DNA of 64,000 nucleotides from an uncultured Gemmatimonadales bacterium (GCA_963771275.1 CAVYSW010000003.1:1536001-1600000), one strand, 5' to 3'; shown: positions 27,191 to 36,921, numbered from the stretch's first letter. Program-made: numbers and translations. Notes: generated by a model not told the origin, from the letters alone.

Positions 27191-29473
27191 GTGAGCGCGC
27201 GCGCAATCCGCCGCGTCGCGATGGTGGGCAACTACCTGCCGCGCCAGTGCGGCATTGCCACGTTCACGGCCGACTTGAGTGACGCGATCGTTGCTGAGCT
27301 TCCGGCGATCGACTGCTTCGTGCTCGCCATGAACGACGGCGGCGCCCGGTACGCGTACCCGCCGCGGGTGCGCTTCGAGATCGCCGAGAACGAAGTCGCC
27401 GGGTACCAACGGGCCGCCGACTTCCTCAACGTCAACAGCGTCGATGTCGTCGCCGTCCAGCACGAGTACGGCATTTTCGGGGGCAAAGCCGGTGCGCATG
27501 TCCTCACGTTGCTGCACGAGCTGCGCATGCCGGTCGTGACGACGCTGCACACCATCCTGGCCGCGCCCGACCCCCAGCAACGCCGCGTGATGAACGAACT
27601 CACGCGACTGTCGGAGCGGCTCGTCGTGATGAGCGCACAGGGCGCGGTGCTGCTGCAGCAGGTCCACGGCGTCCCGGAAGGGAAGATCGACCTGATCCCG
27701 CACGGCATCCCGAGCGTCCCGTCCGCGAGCGCCAGCAAGGATCGGCTCGGCGTCGAGGGCAAGGCCGTGCTCTTGACGTTCGGGCTCCTCTCGCCGGACA
27801 AGGGGATCGAGTACGTCATCGATGCCCTGCCCACGATCCTCGCGCGCTTCCCGGACGCGGTCTATATCGTTCTTGGTGCCACGCATCCCCACGTCCGGGA
27901 ACGCCACGGCGAGAGCTACCGGGTCATGCTGGAAGCCCGGGCGCTGCGGCTCGGCGTGGACGCCAATGTGATCTTCCACAACCGCTTCGTGAGCCACGAC
28001 GAGCTCACCGAGTTTCTCGCCGCCGCCGACGTCTACGTCACGCCATCGCTCCAGCCGGAGCAGAGTACGTCGGGCACGCTGGCCTACGCCGTGGGGTCCG
28101 GCAAGGCCGTGATCTCGACGCCCTACGTGTACGCGCGCGAGTTGCTGGCCGATCGGCGGGGGATCCTGGTTCCGTGGCGGGATGCGGCTGCGATCGCGCG
28201 CGCGGTGAGCGACCTTCTGGCCGACGACGCGGAGCGGCTCGCGCTGGGCCAGCGCGCCGCCACGCACGGCCGGAGCATGCAATGGCCCGCGGTGGCTCGG
28301 CGCTACGTGGCGAGCTTCGAGCAGGCGCGGGTGGAGCACGCCGCCCGGCTCCGGACTTCCTTCCGGGCGAGGACCCTCGCAGAGCGGCCGGCGGGGTTGC
28401 CGGAGCTGAATCTCGCGCACCTCCGCCTCCTCACCGACGATACCGGCCTGCTGCAACACGCCGTCTACAGCGTCCCGCGCTACGATGACGGCTACTGCCT
28501 CGACGACAACGCGCGGGCCCTGCTCCTGATGACGCTCATCGAGGACGCCGGCACCGATGAGGGCCCGACCGTCCGTGCTCTGGCATCGCGCTATCTGGCC
28601 TTCGTGAGCCACGCGCTCGACCGGAGCGCCGGACGCTTCAGGAACTTCATGTCGTACGAGCGGCGGTGGACCGAGACGGCCGGGTCGGAGGACAGCCACG
28701 GGCGTGCGGCCTGGGCGCTGGGCGCCGTGGTCGGCCGCCTCGGCGATCCCGGACGGCGGAGCCTGGCCGCCGACCTGTTCCACGCCGCGCTTCCGGCCGT
28801 GCCGGCGTTCTCGAGCCCGCGCGCCTGGGCGTATGCGCTCCTCGGAGTGGAGGAGTACCTCGGCGCATTCCAGGGCGACCGCGGCGTGCAGGCGATCCGG
28901 GGCGCGCTTGCCGAGCGGCTGCTCGGCCTGTTCCGCCGGACGGCCGGACCGGATTGGCCATGGTTCGAGAACCGCGTCACCTACTGCAACGCCCGCCTGC
29001 CGCAAGCGCTGCTCGTGTCGGGCACGCGGATGGACGATCCCGGGATGGTGGCCGCAGGGACGCAGGCGCTCGACTGGCTGGTCGCCATCCAGCGCTCGCC
29101 GGACGGCTACTTCGCGCCGGTCGGATCCAACACCGGCGTGGAGCGGGGCGTGCCCGTGGCCGCGTTCGATCACCAGCCGGTGGAGGCGTGCGCGATGGTC
29201 TCGGCCTGCCTTGTAGCGCACCGGGTGACCGGCGCCCGCAGCTGGACTGAGCATGCGCGACGCGCGTTCAGCTGGTTTCTGGGGCAGAACCACCTGCACC
29301 ACTCGCTCTACGACGCATCCACCGGCGGGTGCCGCGACGGGCTGCACGCCGACCGGCCGAACGAGAACCAGGGCGGGGAATCCACGCTGTCCTTCCTGCT
29401 CGCGCTGGTAGCCATGCGGTCGACCGACGGGGCCGACGAGCCTCATTCCGTACCCGGAGACGCCAGTCCATGA
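27191..29473 (+). CDS. GT4 glycosyltransferase fused to a C-terminal helical (six-hairpin glycosidase-like) domain
   Basis: GNYLPRQCGIATFT, QHEYGIFGG, TFGLLSPDKGIE, SGTLAYA; C-domain DDTGLLQHA, GYCLDDNARAL, EDSHGR, NQGGEST. Confidence 0.9.
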   Translation: MSARAIRRVAMVGNYLPRQCGIATFTADLSDAIVAELPAIDCFVLAMNDGGARYAYPPRVRFEIAENEVAGYQRAADFLNVNSVDVVAVQHEYGIFGGKAGAHVLTLLHELRMPVVTTLHTILAAPDPQQRRVMNELTRLSERLVVMSAQGAVLLQQVHGVPEGKIDLIPHGIPSVPSASASKDRLGVEGKAVLLTFGLLSPDKGIEYVIDALPTILARFPDAVYIVLGATHPHVRERHGESYRVMLEARALRLGVDANVIFHNRFVSHDELTEFLAAADVYVTPSLQPEQSTSGTLAYAVGSGKAVISTPYVYARELLADRRGILVPWRDAAAIARAVSDLLADDAERLALGQRAATHGRSMQWPAVARRYVASFEQARVEHAARLRTSFRARTLAERPAGLPELNLAHLRLLTDDTGLLQHAVYSVPRYDDGYCLDDNARALLLMTLIEDAGTDEGPTVRALASRYLAFVSHALDRSAGRFRNFMSYERRWTETAGSEDSHGRAAWALGAVVGRLGDPGRRSLAADLFHAALPAVPAFSSPRAWAYALLGVEEYLGAFQGDRGVQAIRGALAERLLGLFRRTAGPDWPWFENRVTYCNARLPQALLVSGTRMDDPGMVAAGTQALDWLVAIQRSPDGYFAPVGSNTGVERGVPVAAFDHQPVEACAMVSACLVAHRVTGARSWTEHARRAFSWFLGQNHLHHSLYDASTGGCRDGLHADRPNENQGGESTLSFLLALVAMRSTDGADEPHSVPGDASP

Positions 29474-30420
29474 CCGTGGCGAGACACTACGACGTGCTGC
29501 TGCACCGGCACGCGAGCAACCCCATCCTCACCGCGGCCGACTGGCCGTACGCCATGCATACGGTGTTCAACGCCGGCGCCACGCGGCTCCCTGACGGCAC
29601 GACGTTGCTGCTGTGTCGCGTCGAGGATCGCAGTGGTCTCTCACACCTGTGCGCGGCGCGGTCTGCCAACGGGGTCGACGGATGGGTCATCGACGCGGAG
29701 CCGACCCTCTCGCCCGATCCGGAGCGCCACCCCGAGGAGCTCTGGGGGATCGAGGACCCGCGGATCACGTGGATCGAGGAGCTGGGCAGGTACGCGATCG
29801 CGTACACCGCCTTCGGCAAAGGCGGACCGGGCGTCGCCCTGGCGCTGACCGAGGACTTCCGAAGCTTCGAGCGCCTGGGATTGGCGCTGCAGCCGGAGGA
29901 CAAGGACGCGGCCCTGCTCCCGCGTCGCGTGGACGGGAACTTCGCGCTGCTGCACCGCCCGATGACGTATGGGCGCGGCGACATCTGGCTGTCGTTCTCG
30001 CCGGATCTGCGCAATTGGGGCGGACACCGCCCTGTGCTGCAGGCGCGTCGGGGCGGCTGGTGGGACGCGAACAAGGTGGGGCTGTCGCCCCCGCTCATCG
30101 AGACGGCCCGTGGATGGCTGATGCTGTACCACGGCGTCCGCCAGACCGCGTCCGGCAGCATCTATCGCCTCGGCGCCGCCCTGCTCGACCTGGACCGGCC
30201 AGACCAGTGCCTCCTGCGCGGCGATGCCTGGATCTTCGGGCCGGAAGCCGCGTACGAGCGCGAGGGCGACGTGGCCAACGTCGCCTTCCCGTGCGGCTAC
30301 ACCATCGACGCGGACGGCGACACGCTCAATCTCTATTACGGCGCGGCGGATACGAGCGTGGCTCTCGCGACCGGGAGCATCCGCCAGTTGTTGTCGTGGC
30401 TCGATGCGCACGGGGGGTAA
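29470..30420 (+). CDS. GH130 family glycosidase/mannoside phosphorylase
   Basis: NPIL, VFNAGA, GIEDPRIT, DKDAAL, LHRP, LYHGV, YEREGDV.NV.FPCG, YYGAAD. ATGA-coupled to the GT4 gene. Confidence 0.9.
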   Translation: MTVARHYDVLLHRHASNPILTAADWPYAMHTVFNAGATRLPDGTTLLLCRVEDRSGLSHLCAARSANGVDGWVIDAEPTLSPDPERHPEELWGIEDPRITWIEELGRYAIAYTAFGKGGPGVALALTEDFRSFERLGLALQPEDKDAALLPRRVDGNFALLHRPMTYGRGDIWLSFSPDLRNWGGHRPVLQARRGGWWDANKVGLSPPLIETARGWLMLYHGVRQTASGSIYRLGAALLDLDRPDQCLLRGDAWIFGPEAAYEREGDVANVAFPCGYTIDADGDTLNLYYGAADTSVALATGSIRQLLSWLDAHGG

Positions 30421-30423
30421 GTC

Positions 30424-31326
30424 TCACGAGGACTGGCCGTCCCCGGTCAGCGCGGCCGGATCCTGGTGATAGAACTTCCGCAACTCCTCGTACACCTCGG
30501 GCGCCTCCCTGAGCAGCCGGCGCGGCTGCTCGAAGAACGCCTCGGTGGCCACGGCGAAGAACTCGGCGCGATTGGTGGCGCCGTACGGGTCCAGCGTGGT
30601 CTCGGCGGCCTGATCGATGAGTTGCTGGTAACGCCGGAAGTAGCTCCCCATCACGTATCCCCAGACGCGGTACGAGGACGGCGGCTCGAGCAGGGGCACG
30701 CCGTTTGCCACTCCGTCCTCGTGGTCGAGCACGTGCGCGAACTCGTGGAGCACGACATTGTGGGCGTCGCTCCGGTTGCGACTGCCCGAGAGGCTGCTGG
30801 GCCATGACAGGATGACGGTCCCCGATGCCCAAGCCTCACCCAGTTCCGGGACCGGCGGCTGGTAGACGGCACCGGTGGGCCCAGGGGCCTCGACGCGGTG
30901 AGGGACGAACGTCCCGGGGTAGACGAGGATGTGTTTCAGCCTGGGGTAGCGCGGATACCTGAGCTTCAGCAGGAGCAGGCACGCCTGGGCCGCGATCGTC
31001 ACGCGCATCTCCTCGGTGAGCACGATCCCGTTACACCCCTCCATCGGCTCCTCGTCGAGAAACACCTGCACGAGCCGGAGCAACCGTTCCCGGTCTGCGG
31101 ACGGGAGACGCTCGGCCAGGGCCACGTTGCGCGCGACGATGGCATTCCATTCGGGCGGGATCGGGTCGGAGCGGAACCGGACGCGCGCGCCGAGCGGGAG
31201 GTAGCGCAACAGGGGCGCGATGCGCCGCATGGCGCCGTAGACGACGAGTGTGAGAGCGGCCAGAGCGACAATGACGAGGGTTACGGCTCCGGCCCCTGCG
31301 AGGAACGTCTTCACGGTTTCGAGCAT
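30424..31326 (-). CDS. MtfA-like zinc-dependent peptidase (M90)
   Basis: IAAQACLL, ILVYP..F, GEAW..G.VILSW, NVVLHEFAH.LD, YGATN.AEFFAVATEAFFE. Confidence 0.92.
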   Translation of the reverse strand: MLETVKTFLAGAGAVTLVIVALAALTLVVYGAMRRIAPLLRYLPLGARVRFRSDPIPPEWNAIVARNVALAERLPSADRERLLRLVQVFLDEEPMEGCNGIVLTEEMRVTIAAQACLLLLKLRYPRYPRLKHILVYPGTFVPHRVEAPGPTGAVYQPPVPELGEAWASGTVILSWPSSLSGSRNRSDAHNVVLHEFAHVLDHEDGVANGVPLLEPPSSYRVWGYVMGSYFRRYQQLIDQAAETTLDPYGATNRAEFFAVATEAFFEQPRRLLREAPEVYEELRKFYHQDPAALTGDGQSS

Positions 31327-31417
31327 TCCGGGCCCTGTCGTGTCTGGTCATCGCCGGGCTTGTCAGGCGCGGGCCGAGGAGAGCGCGGTCTGCTGGCAGC
31401 GGGGCAGACCGCGTGTC

Positions 31418-32059
31418 TCAGCGCAGCGTCCAGGTGGTGCCAAAGGAGAATCGCGGCTGCATCGTGCCGGCGAGGTTGCTGAAGGTCCCGGCGACCTGGT
31501 CGCCCTCCGGAAGGCCCTGTCCGAGGTATACACCGAGAGGTTCGAGCCCGACCCACACGACCACGATCGTCTCCTGCTCGTGCCCCACACAGAGAGGCTC
31601 TCCGCCGTTCCGGCGCCGATCGTCAGCGGAGCAGTCAATCACATATGGTGTGATCTGCACCGTGAGGTCGGGGTACTCATGGACCGTCGAATCGAGATCC
31701 GGCCGGAGGTCATAGCTCGACCACGTGGCGCTCGCGCTACCCGAGAATCGCCCCACCCCGTAGGAATTCAGGCAACCTTCGACGTCGCAGAAGTCGTCGA
31801 TCGCAAACTGAGCCCGGAGGGTATCGACCTGTGTCGTCACGACCCCGGTCTCCGAGCCGCACACCAGGATGTCGCGTGGGAGCGGATCGAGGGGATCACA
31901 GTCGTAGGTGGTCGTGAACACAGCCACCACCTCGTATTCTCCGCCTACTCGAATGAACAGGCCCGGAACCTCGGTGGGGGATCCGCAGGCGGCGAAGATG
32001 GCAATTGCCGCGGCGGCGCCAATCGGGGCGCGCCGCAACGCAACGGTGCGAGACATCAT
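31418..32059 (-). CDS. Hypothetical Cys-containing lipoprotein
   Basis: Lipobox-like IFAAC after a basic and hydrophobic leader. ATGA-coupled to the GWxTD gene. Confidence 0.6.
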   Translation of the reverse strand: MMSRTVALRRAPIGAAAAIAIFAACGSPTEVPGLFIRVGGEYEVVAVFTTTYDCDPLDPLPRDILVCGSETGVVTTQVDTLRAQFAIDDFCDVEGCLNSYGVGRFSGSASATWSSYDLRPDLDSTVHEYPDLTVQITPYVIDCSADDRRRNGGEPLCVGHEQETIVVVWVGLEPLGVYLGQGLPEGDQVAGTFSNLAGTMQPRFSFGTTWTLR

Positions 32060-34173
32060 TCGGCTCCTCGCGTCAAGGTGAGCCCCCGCTCACTCGTGGC
32101 GCTGGTCCCCGCCACGTCATCCTGGACGGTCACGACCAGCCGATAGCTGCCTGTGCCCTTGGGCAGCCGCAGCGTCATGACATCGGCGGCATACCCTCCG
32201 GCTCCCAACTGCCGCTGGCGCTGCCACGTGATGCTCCCCGTCTCACCTCGGAGCCCGGCAACGCGTCCCAGAACGCGCACTAGTTCTCCGCCGGGGGTCC
32301 GCCCGCCCGCCGTCTCCGACAGCCGCACGGTCACCGTGTAGCGCGCCATGGAGTCGGCGGCGACGGTGAGCCCATACGTCTCCCAGTAAATCGTGAGGTC
32401 GGACTCCGGCTGCGGGAGCGTGTCCGCGCGACCGACCAGCCGCACGTCGGCCCGCTGGTTCACCTCTCCGGCGTCACCCACCAGATCCGCCAGCAACAGA
32501 TCTGACAGCACCAACCCCTCCGGCGACTCCACGTCGAGCTTCGCGCGGAGTTGCGCGGCAGTCCTCGCTCCCTCAGCCATTCCCTCGACGGCCACCTGCA
32601 GCGGGCCAGTCACCACTGGCAGCGTGGCCTCATAGGTGACCGATCCCCGCCCCTGCCGCGTCGTGGTTCCCCGATTCACGAGGCGTCCCTGCACACGCTC
32701 GTGGACGAACACCCCCACATCCACACGGTCGGTTTCCGGCAGCGCCGGCTCCCAGCCAAACCGCGCATGCACCTCCAGCACTGGGCGGCCCGGACGCGGG
32801 AACCGCGTCACGAGTGCGCTCAACGATCCCGCCCGATAGGGGTTGTCATAGCTCGACGGCAGCACCCGGGCCAGCCCGCTGTCCAGCTGCTCAGTCAGGG
32901 TGAACCGCTTGTATTCGAACTCGCGCTCTGAGAGGTTCCGCTCGAACACGAAGCTCGGCACCTCCAGGCCGTAGTTGAAGAACGTCCAACGGCCACCACC
33001 CTGGGCAGTGGTGTATTGAGTACCCACCAGCTCCTTGCTCATGTCGCGCACTACCTCCCAGATGTGTACCGGCCAGCCGTACCGGAGCAGCAACTTCCCC
33101 GGGTCGGTGTCCCGCCCCGCGATGCCCTCCGTCGGGTCCGTGAACATGATGTCGGCTAGGGCCAGCCGCGCGTACAATTGCACCCGCCGTTCGTTTTCCG
33201 GCGTCAGGTACAACGGGTCCGACAATTCCCACACCTCCTCGGCGCGCGCCAGATCGACGTTCCGGCTGATGACAGCGAGGCGCTCGAAGACGGGCCGGAG
33301 CGAGTCCGGGATCAGCGAGTCGATGGCGGCGAGGGTCTGGCCGGCTTCTCGGTACGCGGTGTCGTGCACCTGGGCCGCCAGCACGGCGAGCCACGGCGCC
33401 ACCGCCGCTGGGTCGAGTTGGGCCCAACGGCCCGCCAGCGTCGCGAACACGTGCCAATCATTCTCCACGAGCGCGCGCCGCAGCCGCAGCCGCTCCGCAT
33501 CGGCGTGCAAGGGGTCGAGGCGTAGCGCCGAGTCCAGCAGTTGCACGACGGCGCGTCGCTCATCGGCGATCACCGAGGCCAGGCTCGGCGCGTGCAGGAA
33601 CCGCTCATTGAAGAGCCACGGTCGCCTGAAGTTCTCACAGAAATAGCCGTACACGATGCTGCAGTCGGGGGTGCTGACCGGCAACGTCCCCGGGAACTGG
33701 ACGAGATAGTCGAAGTTCCGCAACCAGTCGTCCATCAGCAGTGCTCTACGGTACAGCACCTCCGCGCGGAACGCCGGCGTCGCCTCGGCGCTGTCCGCAA
33801 CCAGGAGCCCCTCCACCCGATTGAGCATGCGTATCGCATCTACGCGGGTTCCCTGTTTCTCCTTTAGTAGTACGTAGGCGTACAGACATTGGACATCGCC
33901 CCCGGGGAGTCCGCGGGCGAACGCCTCGTACGCTTCATAGCGGATCCGCCAGGTCGACTGGTGCATCGTGGCAGTCGAGGTAAGCAACTCGGCCAATGCG
34001 CACCAAGATTCCGGCCTGTCCGTGACCTGTGCTTGCTGGCGCAGGTGCGCGAGCGCAGCCCCCGTATCCGCGCGGGCGAGCAGGAGGGCGGTCGTGGAAT
34101 CCCATTGGGCGGCGGAGGTCGCGGGAACCACGAGGGAACCGAGAACGACCGACAGCGTGAGGCGGAACCGCAT
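32056..34173 (-). CDS. Secreted GWxTD-domain-like protein
   Basis: Signal peptide; W..SDPLYLTPENERR..YARL..AD, G.DTDPGK...RYGWP, LSDLLLA, IYWETYGL. GGAGG RBS. Confidence 0.75.
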   Translation of the reverse strand: MRFRLTLSVVLGSLVVPATSAAQWDSTTALLLARADTGAALAHLRQQAQVTDRPESWCALAELLTSTATMHQSTWRIRYEAYEAFARGLPGGDVQCLYAYVLLKEKQGTRVDAIRMLNRVEGLLVADSAEATPAFRAEVLYRRALLMDDWLRNFDYLVQFPGTLPVSTPDCSIVYGYFCENFRRPWLFNERFLHAPSLASVIADERRAVVQLLDSALRLDPLHADAERLRLRRALVENDWHVFATLAGRWAQLDPAAVAPWLAVLAAQVHDTAYREAGQTLAAIDSLIPDSLRPVFERLAVISRNVDLARAEEVWELSDPLYLTPENERRVQLYARLALADIMFTDPTEGIAGRDTDPGKLLLRYGWPVHIWEVVRDMSKELVGTQYTTAQGGGRWTFFNYGLEVPSFVFERNLSEREFEYKRFTLTEQLDSGLARVLPSSYDNPYRAGSLSALVTRFPRPGRPVLEVHARFGWEPALPETDRVDVGVFVHERVQGRLVNRGTTTRQGRGSVTYEATLPVVTGPLQVAVEGMAEGARTAAQLRAKLDVESPEGLVLSDLLLADLVGDAGEVNQRADVRLVGRADTLPQPESDLTIYWETYGLTVAADSMARYTVTVRLSETAGGRTPGGELVRVLGRVAGLRGETGSITWQRQRQLGAGGYAADVMTLRLPKGTGSYRLVVTVQDDVAGTSATSERGLTLTRGAE

Positions 34174-34305
34174 AGGACCTCCCACGGGAACGAACCCGGG
34201 GCACGTAGTCCTCCCGCACCCAAGCTACGGAGTGACCGCGGTGGCGCAATTGCTACCAGAAGTAGGGTATGCCGCAGTCGGGATTCCGCCGACCCGGCGG
34301 GTCGA

Positions 34306-34345
34306 TGTCGATTCCGGGGAGCCTCGTTCGACGTCCAGGGTAGAG
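34306..34345 (+). promoter_or_regulatory. ECF42-type promoter 1 (upstream of yciI-VOC)
   Basis: TGTCGATT-N13-TTCGACGTCC-ag-GGTAGAG. The same motif and spacing recur at 36278. Confidence 0.8.
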
Positions 34346-34409
34346 GATGATTCAGCCGGGACCCAGCCATAGCCCGGCTCCGCACCCTAAACCACGAGGA
34401 GACACGACG

Positions 34410-34829
34410 ATGCGGTTCATGGTGATGGTCCCCGCCAACCAGGAATCCGAGGCCGGCGTCCTGCCGGACGCCAAGATTCTGGCCGAGATGGGGAAGTTCA
34501 ACGAGGAGATGGTGAAAGCCGGCGTGATGCTGGCGGGCGAAGGGCTGCACGCCAGCTCGAAGGGGGCGCGCCTCAAGTTCTCGGGCGGGAAGACCACGGT
34601 GATCGACGGGCCCTTCACCGAGTCCAAGGAGATGATCGCCGGCTTCTGGCTGATCCAGGTGAAGTCGAAGGAAGAGGCGATCGCGTGGATGAAGCGCGCC
34701 CCGTTCGGGGACGGGGTCGTGCTGGAGATTCGGCAGGTGTTCGAGGCCGAGGACTTCGGTCCCGCGTTTACGGCCGAGCTCCGCAAGCAGGAAGAGAGCC
34801 AGCGGGCCCGGATCGCGAAGCAGCGGTAA
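34410..34829 (+). CDS. YciI/DGPF family protein
   Basis: MRFMVMV, AGEGLH.S..GARL, DGPFTESKEMIAGFW, EIRQVFE. GAGGAG RBS. Confidence 0.92.
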   Translation: MRFMVMVPANQESEAGVLPDAKILAEMGKFNEEMVKAGVMLAGEGLHASSKGARLKFSGGKTTVIDGPFTESKEMIAGFWLIQVKSKEEAIAWMKRAPFGDGVVLEIRQVFEAEDFGPAFTAELRKQEESQRARIAKQR

Positions 34830-34901
34830 CGCCATCCCCCAGCCGCCGCTGAGCGTGAATCGGCCGTTTTCGTTCCACGTGACCACCGAGGAGCATTCCG
34901 C

Positions 34902-35375
34902 ATGCAGAAGATCACGACATTCCTGACGTTCAATGACCAGGCGGAAGAGGCGGCCAAGCTCTATACGTCGCTGTTCAAGAACTCGAAGATCGTGAGCACG
35001 ACGCGCTACGGCGAGGGCGGGCCCGGACCGAAGGGGTCGGTCATGTCCGTGACCTTCCAGCTCGCCGGGCAGGATTTCTTCGCGCTGAACGGCGGCCCGT
35101 CGTTCAAGTTCGCGGAGGGGATATCCCTCTTCGTGAATTGCGAGACGCAGGCGGAAGTGGACGACTTCTGGGAGAAGCTCTCCGCCGGCGGAAAGCAGGG
35201 ACCGTGTGGCTGGCTCACGGACCAGTTCGGGGTGTCGTGGCAGATCGTCCCGTCGGTGCTGGGCAAGTACCTGGGCGACAAGGATGCCGCCAAGGCGAAG
35301 CGCGTCATGCAGGCCATGCTCCAGATGACCAAGCTCGACATCGAGGGCCTTGAGGACGCCTACGAGGGCCGGTAG
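34902..35375 (+). CDS. VOC family protein (PhnB / 3-demethylubiquinone-9 3-methyltransferase-like)
   Basis: MQKITTFL.F..QAEEA, ALNGGP.F, CGWL.D.FGVSWQIVP, M.KLDI. Confidence 0.92.
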   Translation: MQKITTFLTFNDQAEEAAKLYTSLFKNSKIVSTTRYGEGGPGPKGSVMSVTFQLAGQDFFALNGGPSFKFAEGISLFVNCETQAEVDDFWEKLSAGGKQGPCGWLTDQFGVSWQIVPSVLGKYLGDKDAAKAKRVMQAMLQMTKLDIEGLEDAYEGR

Positions 35376-35409
35376 TCCGGCACCGGCCCTCGCTGCATGT
35401 TCGCTACCG

Positions 35410-35901
35410 TCAACCGAGCTGCCCCAGCACTCGGTCGAGGGCGGCGTAGCTCTGGCTGAGGCCCTGCTCCATGCCGGACTTCAGCATGCCATCGCGCTCT
35501 TCGGTGGTGTGGAATAGCGACGTGTTGACGACCTTCGTGCGGCCGTCGCCGAGGTCCTCGAGCGTCACGGTCTCGACCACCACGTGGCCCGGCATGCCGT
35601 CCCACTCGAAGGTCTGCACGATGCGCGTAGGCGGCGTCACCTCGCGGTAGCGCCCCTCGAAGCCGTGGACGCCGTCCGGACCGTGCTCGACGAAACGCCA
35701 GTGACCGCCGCGCGCGACCTCCATCCGCTCGATCACGAGCTTGTTGCCGCGCCCCCACCACTGCGCGATCAGGTCGGGGTCGGTGAACGCCCGCCATACC
35801 CGCTCGCGGGGCGCGTCAAACACGCGCTCGATGCGAATCTCGCGATCGCTCGGCGTGGTCAGCTGCGAAGTGCCGGCGGGCTCCTTCCTGGGCGTGCTCA
35901 T
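35410..35901 (-). CDS. SRPBCC/AHSA1 family protein
   Basis: DREI.IERVFDAPRERVW.A.TDP.L...WWG, GG.WRFV, F.G.Y.EV..P.RIV.TFEW, ERDGM..SGM. Confidence 0.92.
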   Translation of the reverse strand: MSTPRKEPAGTSQLTTPSDREIRIERVFDAPRERVWRAFTDPDLIAQWWGRGNKLVIERMEVARGGHWRFVEHGPDGVHGFEGRYREVTPPTRIVQTFEWDGMPGHVVVETVTLEDLGDGRTKVVNTSLFHTTEERDGMLKSGMEQGLSQSYAALDRVLGQLG

Positions 35902-36236
35902 GGATGGCTTCCTTTCGTGCGCTCGAGGAACTCGCCGAGCCGGTCGAGGCGCGCTTCCAGCATCCGCTGGTATTTCGCGATCCAGGCGGTCTCGTCCGTC
36001 AGCCGGCCCGGGCCCAGCCGGCAATGTCGCACCCGGCCCACCTTCTCCGTCGTGGCCAGTCCCGCCCCTTCGAGGATCCGCACGTGCTTCTTCATGCCCG
36101 TGAGGGTCATCCGAAAGTCCGCGGCGAGGTCGCTGATTGAGGCGTCCCCGCGTCCCAGCCGCTCGAGGACCCCGCGCCGCGTACCGTCCGACAGGGCCGC
36201 GAACGCCGTATCGAGCCCCGGTTTATACTGAACCAT
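35898..36236 (-). CDS. ArsR/SmtB family transcriptional regulator
   Basis: LD.AFAALSD.TRR.VL..L, KHVRILE.AGL, K.GRVR.CRL. ATGA-coupled to SRPBCC. Confidence 0.9.
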   Translation of the reverse strand: MVQYKPGLDTAFAALSDGTRRGVLERLGRGDASISDLAADFRMTLTGMKKHVRILEGAGLATTEKVGRVRHCRLGPGRLTDETAWIAKYQRMLEARLDRLGEFLERTKGSHP

Positions 36237-36249
36237 ATGGTTCAGTATA
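36224..36249. promoter_or_regulatory. 26-bp perfect palindrome, probable ArsR operator over its own -10 and start codon
   Basis: TATACTGAACCATATGGTTCAGTATA is its own reverse complement. Confidence 0.8.
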
Positions 36250-36277
36250 GCGCCTATCAGTCGGTCCCGCAAGCCCA

Positions 36278-36316
36278 TGTCGATTCTCGAACGGCTCATT
36301 CGACGTCCTGGTAGAG
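36278..36316 (+). promoter_or_regulatory. ECF42-type promoter 2 (upstream of doxX-yciI-sigma)
   Basis: TGTCGATT-N13-TTCGACGTCC-t-GGTAGAG. Confidence 0.8.
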
Positions 36317-36384
36317 CCGGAGATGGACCCAGGTCGTAATCAACCGACACCGGCGGGACCTCGAACCGAGAAGGAGACGCGACC

Positions 36385-36849
36385 ATGCCATCCATCACCC
36401 CCTCCCGCGAGCGGCGGAACATCAGACCGGGCAACGTGTTGCTGTGGATCGCCCAGGGGCTACTGGCGGCGCTGTTTCTGTTCGCCGGTGTGGTGAAGCT
36501 CAGCATGCCGATCCAGGTCCTGGCCCAGCAGACGGAGCTCCCGGGCGCTTTCATGCGGTTCATCGCTGTGGCCGAAGTCTTGGGCGCGTTCGGCCTGGTT
36601 CTCCCAGGTCTGCTCCGCGTCAAGCGGGGCCTCACGCCGCTCGCCGCGGCCGGTCTCGCGATCGTCATGGTCGGCGCCGTCCTTGTGACGGTCGCCATGC
36701 ACGGCGCGGCGCCGGCCATGTTCCCGCTGGTGGTCGGGATCGTGCTGGCCTCGATCGTTCGAGGGCGGCGGGCATGGCTACGCGGGGCCGAATCCTCTCC
36801 GCGTCCGGAGCGGGTGCTCTCGGCTCAAGGAGCTTCGATCGCCGCGTAG
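36385..36849 (+). CDS. DoxX-like membrane protein
   Basis: LWIAQGLLAALFLFAG..KL, AEVLGA.GLVLPG, LTPLAAAGL. AAGGAG RBS. Confidence 0.88.
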   Translation: MPSITPSRERRNIRPGNVLLWIAQGLLAALFLFAGVVKLSMPIQVLAQQTELPGAFMRFIAVAEVLGAFGLVLPGLLRVKRGLTPLAAAGLAIVMVGAVLVTVAMHGAAPAMFPLVVGIVLASIVRGRRAWLRGAESSPRPERVLSAQGASIAA

Positions 36850-36921
36850 GGTAGACGATAGCTCAGCCGGCACCCCAGTCCCGAGCTGGCTGCGCACCAC
36901 CATCGGAAGAGGGAGACGACG

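Noticed and set aside
34240..34260. TGG...TTGC sigma54-like sequences on both strands near the GWxTD gene
   Set aside because: GG-to-GC spacing is shorter than the obligatory 10 nt.
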